Positions 10,164-18,302 of a stretch of 60,303 bases of DNA are shown one piece after another; positions within the stretch are counted from its first letter, which is position 1, and every line of letters starts with the position of its first letter. The position numbers were made by a program, and so were the translations under genes. Origin of the DNA: Acidobacteriota bacterium. Lineage in GTDB: Bacteria; Acidobacteriota; Terriglobia; Bryobacterales; UBA6623. The stretch is taken from positions 1 through 60,303 of the forward strand of contig JAQBUE010000004.1 of NCBI GenBank assembly GCA_027624045.1, written 5' to 3'. Below the pieces are notes generated by a model. That model worked only from the letters and a program-made list of their open reading frames with translations, ran no database searches and had not been told where the DNA came from.

Positions 10164-10412
10164 TTAGGTGCTTGTCCCACGCCGACCCCTCGCGGTCCTC
10201 CCATGCGGGAAGAGGATCACAGGCCACAGCTTGCCGGTCTCGGTCTCGTAACCCTTGGGCAAATAGAGAAAGTACTCGCGCTGCTCCCCGCTGACAGTGC
10301 TCACATAGGGTTTTCGCAGCAACTCCCCCCGCGCTCGACCGTCAACTTCGGCCGCACCGGCAAGGCCGGCGAACAACACGGTCGACAGGGCCAAGTAGAC
10401 AATATTTCCCAT
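10164..10412 (-). pseudogene. N-terminal remnant of a secreted esterase/peptidase (alpha/beta hydrolase)
   Basis: Signal peptide plus EYFLYLPKGY...LWPVILFPHG (usually PxxLFLHG), then a stop; no GxSxG region. Confidence 0.65.
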
Positions 10413-10554
10413 CTTTCGTCCCCTTGGTAATTGGCATTGACACTCTAACACGCAATCCTTACGGACTTTTCCAAACGAATATTGGCTCCGCGAGCCCCCG
10501 GCCAGGGTGCACTCCACAGAGAAAGCCAAGGACAGCTGCTACTTTTGAGACTGA

Positions 10555-10749
10555 GTGAGACGAGCGAGTGATATGCTGACAGCGCGACAACACGCCGCCC
10601 GCAGCGGTATGCGATTACTTGACTACTACCTGATGACAAACCACGCCCACTTGGTCGCGGCCCCCGTGCGCCCGGCGGCCTTCGCCGACAATGTCGCCAA
10701 GACGAACCTGACGGCGATCATGCAACAACGGTGCCTCCAGAACGTCTGA
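10555..10749 (+). pseudogene. Remnant of a REP-associated tyrosine (Y1/HUH) transposase
   Basis: LLDYYLMTNHAHLVAAP matches YxLMxNHxHL; the rest of the protein is absent. Confidence 0.65.
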
Positions 10750-10751
10750 CC

Positions 10752-11393
10752 ATGCCCGTGCCGGCGCGACCGAAGATCTACCATATCGTCCACGTTGATC
10801 GGCTGGCCTCGATCGTGGCCGATGGTTGTCTTTGGTGCGATGCGGAGGTCATGCGACGCTCTCCGGGCGGCACGACGATCGGAATGACCAAAATCAAGCA
10901 ACGGCGCCTGACGGAGTTGATGCTGGCCAGCCATCCGAACCTGCACGTGGGCGACTGCGTGCCATTCTACTTCTGTCCGCGGTCGATCATGCTCTACCTG
11001 CTGTATCAAAGTAATCACCGGGAACTGAGCTATAGCGGCGGACAGGGGCCGATCGTCCACCTGGAAGCCGATCTGCACGCGGTCGTGGATTGGGCGAGCC
11101 AGAACGGCCGCCGCTGGGCCTTCACTCTCTCGAACGCAGGAGGGTACGATTTCGAGGACCGCTGCGATCTCGAACGGTTAGATGAGATCGACTGGGACGC
11201 TGTCCAGGCCACGCAATGGAAACAGTGCAGGGGACAAAAGCAAGCCGAGTTCTTGATCGAGCTCAGCTTTCCGTGGGAACTCGTCGAGCGCATTGGAGTG
11301 CATTCATCAACGACATACCGGCGGGCGGCCGAGGCGTTGCCTCCCGGCGGCCATCGACCTCCGGTTGAGGTCCTCGGAGTTTGGTACTACTGA
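10752..11393 (+). CDS. darT: DarT ssDNA ADP-ribosyltransferase toxin (DUF4433)
   Basis: KIYHIVHVDRL, VPFYFCPRSIMLY, WAFTLSNA, catalytic KQAEFL; directly upstream of a macrodomain gene. Confidence 0.93.
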   Translation: MPVPARPKIYHIVHVDRLASIVADGCLWCDAEVMRRSPGGTTIGMTKIKQRRLTELMLASHPNLHVGDCVPFYFCPRSIMLYLLYQSNHRELSYSGGQGPIVHLEADLHAVVDWASQNGRRWAFTLSNAGGYDFEDRCDLERLDEIDWDAVQATQWKQCRGQKQAEFLIELSFPWELVERIGVHSSTTYRRAAEALPPGGHRPPVEVLGVWYY

Positions 11394-11409
11394 AGAGGAG
11401 ATGTCAGCC

Positions 11410-12525
11410 ATGATCGAGTTCAAGAGCGGTGACATCCTGAAGGACGACGCGGAAGCCCTAGTCAACACGGTGAACTGCGTCGGCGTGATGGGGCGGGGCA
11501 TCGCTCTGCAGTTCAAGAAGGCTTTTCCCCGGAACTTCAAGGCTTATTCCGAGGCCTGCCGTCACGAAGCGGTGCAGCCCGGCCGGATGTTCGTCTTCGA
11601 GACCGGAAAGCTGACGTCACCGCGCTACATCATCAACTTTCCTACCAAGCGCCATTGGCGAGGCAAGAGCCGCATGAGCGACATCGAAGCAGGCCTGGAG
11701 GCACTGGTCGAGACGCTCCGGAAGAAGCACATTCGATCGGTCGCGATTCCTCCCCTAGGCAGTGGTCTGGGCGGACTGGATTGGCCTGAGGTTAAGGAAC
11801 GAATCGAGGCGGCTATGGAGCCGCTCACCGACGTGCACATCGCAATCTACGAGCCCGATGGAGCGCCCTCCTCCGAGCAGATGACGCATAGCCGGGACGT
11901 ACCCAAGATGACAGCGGGACGCGCGGCGCTGGTGGAGCTGATGCACCGGTACCTCGCCGGCCTCCTCGACCCGTTCGTAACCCTATTGGAGGTCCACAAG
12001 CTGATGTACTTCATCCAGGAAGCAGGAGAACCGCTAAGGCTGGAGTTCCATCAAGCGCCCTACGGCCCATATGCCGAAAACCTACGCCACGTCCTAAACG
12101 CCATCGAGGGCCATCTGGTGTCCGGCTACGACGACGGCGGCGACGCGCCGGACAAACATTTGAAGCTGGTGCCGGGAGCGACGGAGGATGCGGCGAGGTT
12201 TCTGGAGCGACACGCGGAGACGCGGGCCCGATTCGACAAGGTGACGGCGCTGGTCGAAGGCTTCGAGACGCCCTTTGGACTAGAGCTGCTCTCCACGGTC
12301 CATTGGGTCATCAAGCATGAGGCCGCCGTCGACCTCGACGACGTGATCGCGCACACTTACGCCTGGAGTCCGCGAAAGAAGCAATTCACGCCGCGCCAGA
12401 TCGGGATCGCGGTGAATGTGCTCGCGAAGAAGGGCTGGATTGAGTCACTAGACAGCCAGAGCCCGAATTCAGCCGGGGTTGACACCGCGGCTCATGGCTT
12501 CGTCATGCGGCGCTCAGGGGCTTGA
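11410..12525 (+). CDS. darG: DarG macrodomain antitoxin (DNA ADP-ribosyl glycohydrolase)
   Basis: ALVNTVNCVGVMGRGIALQFK, IINFPTKRHW, AIPPLGSGLGGL; C-terminal HKLMYF..YGPY..LELLSTV; GAGGAG RBS. Confidence 0.93.
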   Translation: MIEFKSGDILKDDAEALVNTVNCVGVMGRGIALQFKKAFPRNFKAYSEACRHEAVQPGRMFVFETGKLTSPRYIINFPTKRHWRGKSRMSDIEAGLEALVETLRKKHIRSVAIPPLGSGLGGLDWPEVKERIEAAMEPLTDVHIAIYEPDGAPSSEQMTHSRDVPKMTAGRAALVELMHRYLAGLLDPFVTLLEVHKLMYFIQEAGEPLRLEFHQAPYGPYAENLRHVLNAIEGHLVSGYDDGGDAPDKHLKLVPGATEDAARFLERHAETRARFDKVTALVEGFETPFGLELLSTVHWVIKHEAAVDLDDVIAHTYAWSPRKKQFTPRQIGIAVNVLAKKGWIESLDSQSPNSAGVDTAAHGFVMRRSGA

Positions 12526-12527
12526 TC
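12457..12527. repeat. Direct repeat copy 1 (about 70 bp; 12476-12527 identical to 15518-15569)
   Basis: GGGTTGACACCGCGGCTCATGGCTTCGTCATGCGGCGCTCAGGGGCTTGATC occurs twice; overlaps the imperfect palindrome AGCCGGGGTTGACACCGCGGCT. Confidence 0.95.
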
Positions 12528-12770
12528 GTAGAATCTGCTCGGCCAAAAGCGCGAATCGCGGTGACCGGATCGGCGGAATAGCTCGATCGTCGTGAGTTTG
12601 AAACTCTTGATGACATTCGAGATGCTTGTCGATTCCTCAGGGAAAATGATCACGTGGATGTGGCCGGGCATGAGGCAGTAGCCGCACAAGGCGAACGGTA
12701 GGCGCTTGCGTGTTCGGTTGAGAGCGGTCACAAGAATCTCGTATTCGCGGTCGTCTTTGAGCGGGTCGAA
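12528..12770 (-). pseudogene. Internal remnant of a REP-associated tyrosine transposase (RAYT)
   Basis: FALCGYCLMPGHIHVII (HUH), IKSFK and FWPSRFYD, then fused to the repeat; the catalytic YxxxNP region is missing. Confidence 0.75.
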
Positions 12771-12791
12771 GAAAAAGCCGCGGACTTAGTG

Positions 12792-12797
12792 TATAAT
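12792..12797 (+). promoter_or_regulatory. Putative -10 box for the GNAT-PIN operon (near-leaderless)
   Basis: Perfect TATAAT 10 nt before ATG 12808; no Shine-Dalgarno seen. Confidence 0.45.
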
Positions 12798-12807
12798 TCT
12801 CGCGACG

Positions 12808-14988
12808 ATGGTGTTTGTAGTCCTAAGTGGCGCTGATCGGGTCGCGCCTTTCATCAAAACCGTCCAGACCCAGGCCGATACTGAGAAAAAGGCCCTCGGT
12901 TTCCTCCCCATCTCTGCCTATCAGCAAGCCGCGAATTCCCGCAGACTACTCGTGGCTATCAACCGACTCGCTACGGGTGATGACTATGCTGGCCATGTGT
13001 TTTTCGGGGGCACCTATCCTCACATACGCATTTTTCAGGTCTATGTTCTTCCTCGCTTCCGAAGAAAACATGTAGCGTCACTTCTTGTGCAGACCGTCAT
13101 CAAGGAAGCGGAAGAGTATGGCTATCTGAGCGTTTTGGCTCGGGTGGCTGCCGACCTGGATTCCGCGAACGCATTCTGGGAACACGAAGGGCTATTGAGA
13201 AGGCGACAGGTTCGCGGCGGTGGGCGCCGTTCACGTACGATTAATATTCGTGTCCGAGACCTAGAAACACCCACTCTGTTCAGTTCCCACGGGACCGCAG
13301 CATTAGATGTAGCTCGTTTCTCAATTGAACCTCCTCTGCCTTCGACACCGGCCTACGCTATTGACGTAAACGTTTTTCTGGATCTGATCAAATCTAGGGC
13401 CTACGCCGCTGCCGCACGCCAGATCGTGACCGCGTGTTGGACTCGCGCTGTGGATGTTTTTGTTGCAGAGGAATTTGTCGAGGAACTGCAAAGGGCTGCA
13501 ACGACGCCAAGCGACCCTGTCTTCCAATTGGCCACCGCCTTGCCACGTCTCCCGTCGGTACCTCAGGGCGTGTCAGAACAGATAATGAACCAGCTGGCCC
13601 CTATTGTTTTTCCCGCGAAGGTGATTAGGGGTACACTGTCGCGACGGGACCAATCGGATCTTCGACATCTTGCGGCCGCAGTACACCACAAGCTGAACGG
13701 CTTCATCACCGGCGAGAAAGCGATCCTGAGGCGCGCTCCTGAATTGCTGAGTCAAGTCGGGCTCGATGTTATCGGCACACTTGAGTTTGCGGCTTATGTG
13801 GAATCTCCCGACCAGAGAGCTGGGGCCGAACTCCGGTCGGGGATAAGTGGGGACGATGTAGAGATTCGTGAATTAGCCGAGGAGGACCGCAAGGCTGTCG
13901 AAGCCTTGCTTGAGTCGCTGGGTCTCGCCCGCTCGCTCGCCGCTGCCGCCCTTATTCCCAGTATTCCTCCTAATGTACGGCGACGGATAAGCGTAAGGTC
14001 GTTGGGTTCAGGGGAGATCCTAGGATACGCGTCTTGGGACGTACCGAGCCCTCTGCGAAAGCGAGTCGATGCTCACGTGTTCGTCAAGGAACAATCCGAA
14101 GGCGCCCAGCACATTGCGGTACACCTATTGAAAGAACTATCGCGAGACCTGGCGATGAACGGACCTTGTCTCGTTAGCCTCAGAACCGAGGAAGGCCACT
14201 CTAACGCCCGAACAGCTGCTTTGGAGGTTGGCTTTCGGTCCTTCCGTTCGCTCTCCGCTGTGCCTTCTGACCTCACGAAGATCGTTCTTTGGGGTGTGAT
14301 CACAAAAGATAATTGGAATTCGAGTGGTACTCGGCTCAACGAGGTGTCGGGAGTCAGATGGTCGGGCACCATGCCGAAGTTCGGTGGTCCGAAGACGTTG
14401 ATCGACTTCAAGAGCAAGTCGGGCCATGAGTTCCGGCTTGCACTCGTCGAGGCAGAACGACTGTTCGGACCAACTCTATTCCTGCTTCCGGAGAGGGCTG
14501 GAATCTTAGTGCCGATCAGGAGGCGCTATGCTGAACACTTGTTCATGGGAGCGCCGCAGATGGCCCTCTTTCCGAGAAAAGGAGCCGCCTTGTCCGCTGA
14601 GCGAGTGTACTTCCGTTCTCCAAGTCACGCCAGTGTGTTCTCAGTCGGGAGTCCCGTTGTGTTCTATGAATCACTTTCCCGTGGCGGTCGAGGATCTGCT
14701 TTCGCGGCTGGGGTCGTGGTAAGCAATCGGTTGGTTTGGGCGGAAACGTTGCCCAAGCGCGTATTCAGCAAAGGGGTGCTCGACCAAAACACCGTAAACA
14801 AAATGAGTCGCAACGGTCTCGTTTCTGTCTTGCATTTTGATAACATCCTTGACCTACCCAATCCCGTGCCTCTATCAAGACTTCGTGCCCTAGGCGCGAT
14901 AGACGGTGCCAATCTGGTAGCACCCCGACGACTCGAATCCCGTACTCTCTGTGCGCTCTTGGCGGAGGCGAACGCTCTTGCATTGTAG
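12808..14988 (+). CDS. Multidomain GNAT acetyltransferase - PIN nuclease - degenerate GNAT - EVE/PUA-like protein
   Basis: GNAT: IFQVYVLPRFRRKHVASLL, ANAFW. PIN: AIDVNVFLD, EELQR, SDLRHLA, FITGE. GNAT-like: LGYASW, ALEVGF. C-terminal VPIRRRYAEHLF, RVYFRSP, GSPVVFYES resembles EVE/PUA. Confidence 0.8.
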   Translation: MVFVVLSGADRVAPFIKTVQTQADTEKKALGFLPISAYQQAANSRRLLVAINRLATGDDYAGHVFFGGTYPHIRIFQVYVLPRFRRKHVASLLVQTVIKEAEEYGYLSVLARVAADLDSANAFWEHEGLLRRRQVRGGGRRSRTINIRVRDLETPTLFSSHGTAALDVARFSIEPPLPSTPAYAIDVNVFLDLIKSRAYAAAARQIVTACWTRAVDVFVAEEFVEELQRAATTPSDPVFQLATALPRLPSVPQGVSEQIMNQLAPIVFPAKVIRGTLSRRDQSDLRHLAAAVHHKLNGFITGEKAILRRAPELLSQVGLDVIGTLEFAAYVESPDQRAGAELRSGISGDDVEIRELAEEDRKAVEALLESLGLARSLAAAALIPSIPPNVRRRISVRSLGSGEILGYASWDVPSPLRKRVDAHVFVKEQSEGAQHIAVHLLKELSRDLAMNGPCLVSLRTEEGHSNARTAALEVGFRSFRSLSAVPSDLTKIVLWGVITKDNWNSSGTRLNEVSGVRWSGTMPKFGGPKTLIDFKSKSGHEFRLALVEAERLFGPTLFLLPERAGILVPIRRRYAEHLFMGAPQMALFPRKGAALSAERVYFRSPSHASVFSVGSPVVFYESLSRGGRGSAFAAGVVVSNRLVWAETLPKRVFSKGVLDQNTVNKMSRNGLVSVLHFDNILDLPNPVPLSRLRALGAIDGANLVAPRRLESRTLCALLAEANALAL

Positions 14989-15475
14989 AAACGATATCTT
15001 GATCTCCGTCCGGTCCCAACACGTGGCCGCCATGTTGAGAGGCGAGAAGACGGTGGAGCTACGCCGCCGCCCGGTTCGAGCTCCAGTCGGTACCACGGTC
15101 TGGATCTACGAAACCGTTCCTGCTGGACGCATAAGAGTTGTCGCCGAGCTAGCGGCTGTTGACGAGAGCGCACCGGATGAACTTTGGAGACGACACCAAA
15201 ACTGTGTTGGTATCACACGTGCCGCATTTCGTTCTTACTTCGCTGGCAGCGCCGTCGCCTTTGCCCTCGTCTTACGGCGGCTTCGTCCCCTCCCGAAGTC
15301 GCCTCGCTTGACCGAGCTGCGGGCTGAGTTGGGCGAGTTCGTGGCGCCGCAATTCTATAGGACGCTTGCCCAAGATAGCCGTGAGCTCAAACTTTTTCGC
15401 GCGTACTCAGAGGAAAATGAAAAAATGGGGGATCTCAATTTGCAAGCAACGAAAGCCCGCTCACGGGAAGGGTGA
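14978..15475 (+). CDS. ASCH domain-containing protein
   Basis: ILISVR..GEKTVELRRR (GxKxxExR), VWIYET.P, FRSYF, PQFY. TTG start after GGAGG overlaps the upstream stop. Confidence 0.88.
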   Translation: MHCRNDILISVRSQHVAAMLRGEKTVELRRRPVRAPVGTTVWIYETVPAGRIRVVAELAAVDESAPDELWRRHQNCVGITRAAFRSYFAGSAVAFALVLRRLRPLPKSPRLTELRAELGEFVAPQFYRTLAQDSRELKLFRAYSEENEKMGDLNLQATKARSREG

Positions 15476-15499
15476 ACCGCTTTTTAGGCCAATGAGGGA

Positions 15500-15569
15500 C
15501 AGAGCCGGAATCAGCCAGGGTTGACACCGCGGCTCATGGCTTCGTCATGCGGCGCTCAGGGGCTTGATC
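15500..15569. repeat. Direct repeat copy 2, containing the higA 3' end and stop codon
   Basis: Same sequence as 12457-12527 apart from a few differences in the first ~18 nt. Confidence 0.95.
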
Positions 15570-15859
15570 TTGTCGACCTCGGGTCCGAGCTGTTGCACAG
15601 CGTCCCAAAGATCAACCGCTCGTTGGGCATTGAGCCAGAACTCGGAGGAATTGCCGAAGAGACGCGAAAGCCGGAGCGCCATCTCGGGGCTCAATGAGCG
15701 GCGCTCGCGAAGCAACTCGTTCACAGTCTGGCGCGAAACGCCCAACGCCCGGGCTAGACCTGAAACCGTGAGGCCGTAGTCGGGCAGGAAATCCTCCCGA
15801 AGCATCTCGCCCGGGTGGATGGGCCGCACCTGCTTATTCCTTGTGTTCGCAATCGCCAT
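15545..15859 (-). CDS. higA: HigA family antitoxin (XRE HTH)
   Basis: PIHPGEMLREDFL, LARALGVSRQTV, MALRL, FWLNAQ. Confidence 0.95.
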   Translation of the reverse strand: MAIANTRNKQVRPIHPGEMLREDFLPDYGLTVSGLARALGVSRQTVNELLRERRSLSPEMALRLSRLFGNSSEFWLNAQRAVDLWDAVQQLGPEVDKIKPLSAA

Positions 15860-15872
15860 CGGTCACCTCGCC

Positions 15873-16154
15873 TCAGTGATAATCCGTAATCTCGACATCG
15901 TAAGCATCACCGTCAACAAACCGGAAGCAGATGCGCCATTGGTCGTTGATGGCGATGGCGCACTGGCCCTTGCGCTCTCCCCCGAGCCTGTGAAGTCGAT
16001 TTCCGAGGGGAACCTGGAGGTCATCCAAACGCGCCGCCAAATCGATGTACTCAAGCTTTCTCCTCGCTCGCCGCACGATCTCCGGTGGCAAACGGCTTGC
16101 CTCACCATTCGCGAACAGGTTCTGCGTACGCCTGTCCGCAAAGGTCTTGATCAC
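15873..16154 (-). CDS. higB: HigB family (RelE-like) toxin
   Basis: MIKTFAD, PLGNRLHRL.G, INDQWRICF, VEITDYH; toxin upstream of antitoxin. Confidence 0.95.
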   Translation of the reverse strand: MIKTFADRRTQNLFANGEASRLPPEIVRRARRKLEYIDLAARLDDLQVPLGNRLHRLGGERKGQCAIAINDQWRICFRFVDGDAYDVEITDYH

Positions 16155-16160
16155 AGCCTA

Positions 16161-16189
16161 ACTGTAATTTGTCACGTGACGCTTGTCAA
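16161..16189 (-). promoter_or_regulatory. higBA promoter with palindromic operator
   Basis: Minus strand TTGACA-17 bp-TACAGT, ending 6 nt before the GTG start; perfect palindrome GTCACGTGAC (16171-16180) in the spacer. Confidence 0.75.
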
Positions 16190-16259
16190 TAGGGCCCAAT
16201 GACTCAATGAGGCCGACGATGCGGCTGGTTGGTTGCTTTGCTTGATGGCTTGGTGGCCC

Positions 16260-16288
16260 AACCCCTCCCTTGCGGTCGGGGCTCGGTG
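16260..16288. repeat. REP-like element
   Basis: CCCTCCCTTGCGGTCGGGGCTC, a short GC-rich imperfect palindrome at the island boundary; single copy in this window. Confidence 0.35.
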
Positions 16289-16327
16289 GGTGCTGATATC
16301 CCCGTCGGTGCGCATTGACGACCGCGG

Positions 16328-17254
16328 TCAGATTAGCCGATCTAGATACTGTTTTACGAAGTCGCAGCCGACCTCGGCGATGTAGGCGTCGGTGAGGCGT
16401 TTGGTGATGGGGCCGGGCGTTTGGCCGTCGCCGACCTTGGCGCCGTTGAAGGTGCGCACGCCGGCGATGCAGAGACTCGTGGAGGTCAGGAACATCTCGT
16501 CGGCGGTGGCCGCGTCGAACAGATCGATGTCCCCTTCAATGGCTGAAATGCCGAGCTTGCGCGCGAGATCGAGCGTCATCTGGCGGCTGATGCCGGGAAG
16601 CACAGTACGCTCGCTCGGGGTATAGAGCTTGCCCTCCCTGACCAGAAAGACGTTACTGCCCATGCCCTCGGCGAGATTTCCGTTGGCGTCGAGCAGTACC
16701 GCCCAGCCATCGGGATCGTGCGCTTTCACCGACTGCTCGGCGACGATCATGTTCAGGTAGTTGTGTGTCTTGGCGCGCGGGCTGAGCATGTCCGGCGCGA
16801 TGCGGCGCTGCGGGGGCGTCCACACGTCGAGACCGTCGCGGAACTGACGCGCGCGCGCCTTGAGCGGTAGCGGCGTGCATTCGAAAACCACGTTCGGACC
16901 GCTGTGCTCGGGCACTTCATCGCCGATCGGATCGACGCCACGACTGACGCGCTGGCCGATCCACCAATCGCCGGCCGCGGCGCGCAGATGCTCGTTGCGC
17001 TCGACGATCTGCTCGGACACGTCGATCATCTCTTGCGGACTCATGCCGGGATCGAGCTGCAAATAGCGCAGCGAGCGATAGAAGCGGTCAATGTGCTCCT
17101 TGAGCCGAAAGGCGCGGCCATTGAAGGTGCGCGTCATGTCGAAGACGCCGTCGCCGTACCTCCAGCTTCGGTCGCGGAACGAGATGAGTACCTGATTCTC
17201 AGGCATGAACTTGCCGTTGAACCAGGCGGTGCGGGGATTGGTCGTCTGCGTCAT
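16328..17254 (-). CDS. Class IV aminotransferase (branched-chain/D-amino acid aminotransferase-like)
   Basis: YGDGVF, HIDR, AKTHNY, EGMGSNVF, LPGISR, EMFLTST. Confidence 0.9.
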   Translation of the reverse strand: MTQTTNPRTAWFNGKFMPENQVLISFRDRSWRYGDGVFDMTRTFNGRAFRLKEHIDRFYRSLRYLQLDPGMSPQEMIDVSEQIVERNEHLRAAAGDWWIGQRVSRGVDPIGDEVPEHSGPNVVFECTPLPLKARARQFRDGLDVWTPPQRRIAPDMLSPRAKTHNYLNMIVAEQSVKAHDPDGWAVLLDANGNLAEGMGSNVFLVREGKLYTPSERTVLPGISRQMTLDLARKLGISAIEGDIDLFDAATADEMFLTSTSLCIAGVRTFNGAKVGDGQTPGPITKRLTDAYIAEVGCDFVKQYLDRLI

Positions 17255-17361
17255 GGGAGTCTCCGCTATCCTAACCGTTCCTATCAGCTGGCCGTTCGCC
17301 CCGTCGCCATCAGTCCATTCTAGACTTGCCGAGGTCTCGCGTCATCCGCTAAGGTTCTTGT

Positions 17362-18297
17362 TTGCTCAACAAACGGCGACTGGGGCGAACAGGCCTAGAG
17401 GTTTCCGAGATCTCGCTGGGCTGTGTCGAGATCGGAATTGAATACGGCATCCCTGTCGCGGGCGAACCCCGCCGGCCGGCTGAAGCCGAGGCGGAGCGGC
17501 TGCTGCACACCGCGCTCGATCTTGGCATCAATCATCTCGACACGGCGCGCGCGTACGGCGATAGCGAAGCGATCATCGGACGAGTGCTCAGCGGGCGGCG
17601 CGAGGAGTTCATTCTCACGACGAAGATCCCCGTCCACAAACAACAAGATTTGCCTACAGCCGATTTGAAACAACATTGCCGGGAGTCGCTCGAAACAAGC
17701 TTGCGGGCCTTGCGCACGGACCGCATCGACGTGCTGCTGTTGCATACGGCGGGGCCTGAGATTCTCAAGCGCGAGGACCTTGGCGAGCTGCTGAGCGAGG
17801 CCGGCGCGGGCCGCGTTCGCTCGTTTGGGGCCAGCGTGTATGGGCTTGAGAGTGCGCGAGTCGCGATCGCGTCGGAGTGGTGCGAGTGCGTGCAGATCGC
17901 GTACAGTATCCTTGACCGGCGGCCCGCGGTCGATGTGCTTGACCTGGCGGGCGCGCGGGACGTGGGAGTGGTTGCGCGGTCGGTCTTACTGAAGGGCGCG
18001 CTGACTTGGCGCTACCGGAATCTGCCTGACGAGCTAGAACCTTTGCGCCAGGCGGTTGAAGAAGTCGCGGAGATTGCCGGAGGAGTGCAGGCGTTGCCCG
18101 AACTAGCCTATCGCTACGTGTTGAGTGATAGGGGCATTCAGACGGCTCTGGTGGGCGCGTCGTCGGCTGAGGAAGTTGAACAAGCCGTCGCGTTTGCCGC
18201 GCGAGGCCCGCTCGATGACGATCAGCTTGCCCGCATCCGCGCTATCACGTTGGCCGATCCCGCGGTGCTCGACCCCTCTAGCTGGACCCTTTCGTAA
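17362..18297 (+). CDS. Aldo/keto reductase
   Basis: RLGRTGLEVSEISLG, DTARAYG, SLRALRTDRIDVLLLH. Confidence 0.92.
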   Translation: MLNKRRLGRTGLEVSEISLGCVEIGIEYGIPVAGEPRRPAEAEAERLLHTALDLGINHLDTARAYGDSEAIIGRVLSGRREEFILTTKIPVHKQQDLPTADLKQHCRESLETSLRALRTDRIDVLLLHTAGPEILKREDLGELLSEAGAGRVRSFGASVYGLESARVAIASEWCECVQIAYSILDRRPAVDVLDLAGARDVGVVARSVLLKGALTWRYRNLPDELEPLRQAVEEVAEIAGGVQALPELAYRYVLSDRGIQTALVGASSAEEVEQAVAFAARGPLDDDQLARIRAITLADPAVLDPSSWTLS

Positions 18298-18302
18298 CCG
18301 TC

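Noticed and set aside
12457-15569. Direct repeats read as a CRISPR array or integron attC sites
   Set aside because: Only two copies 3 kb apart, no cas or intI gene, and no clear attC box structure.
15819-16202. 127-aa plus-strand ORF over higB
   Set aside because: Antisense to a clear higB that has its own promoter; no independent evidence.
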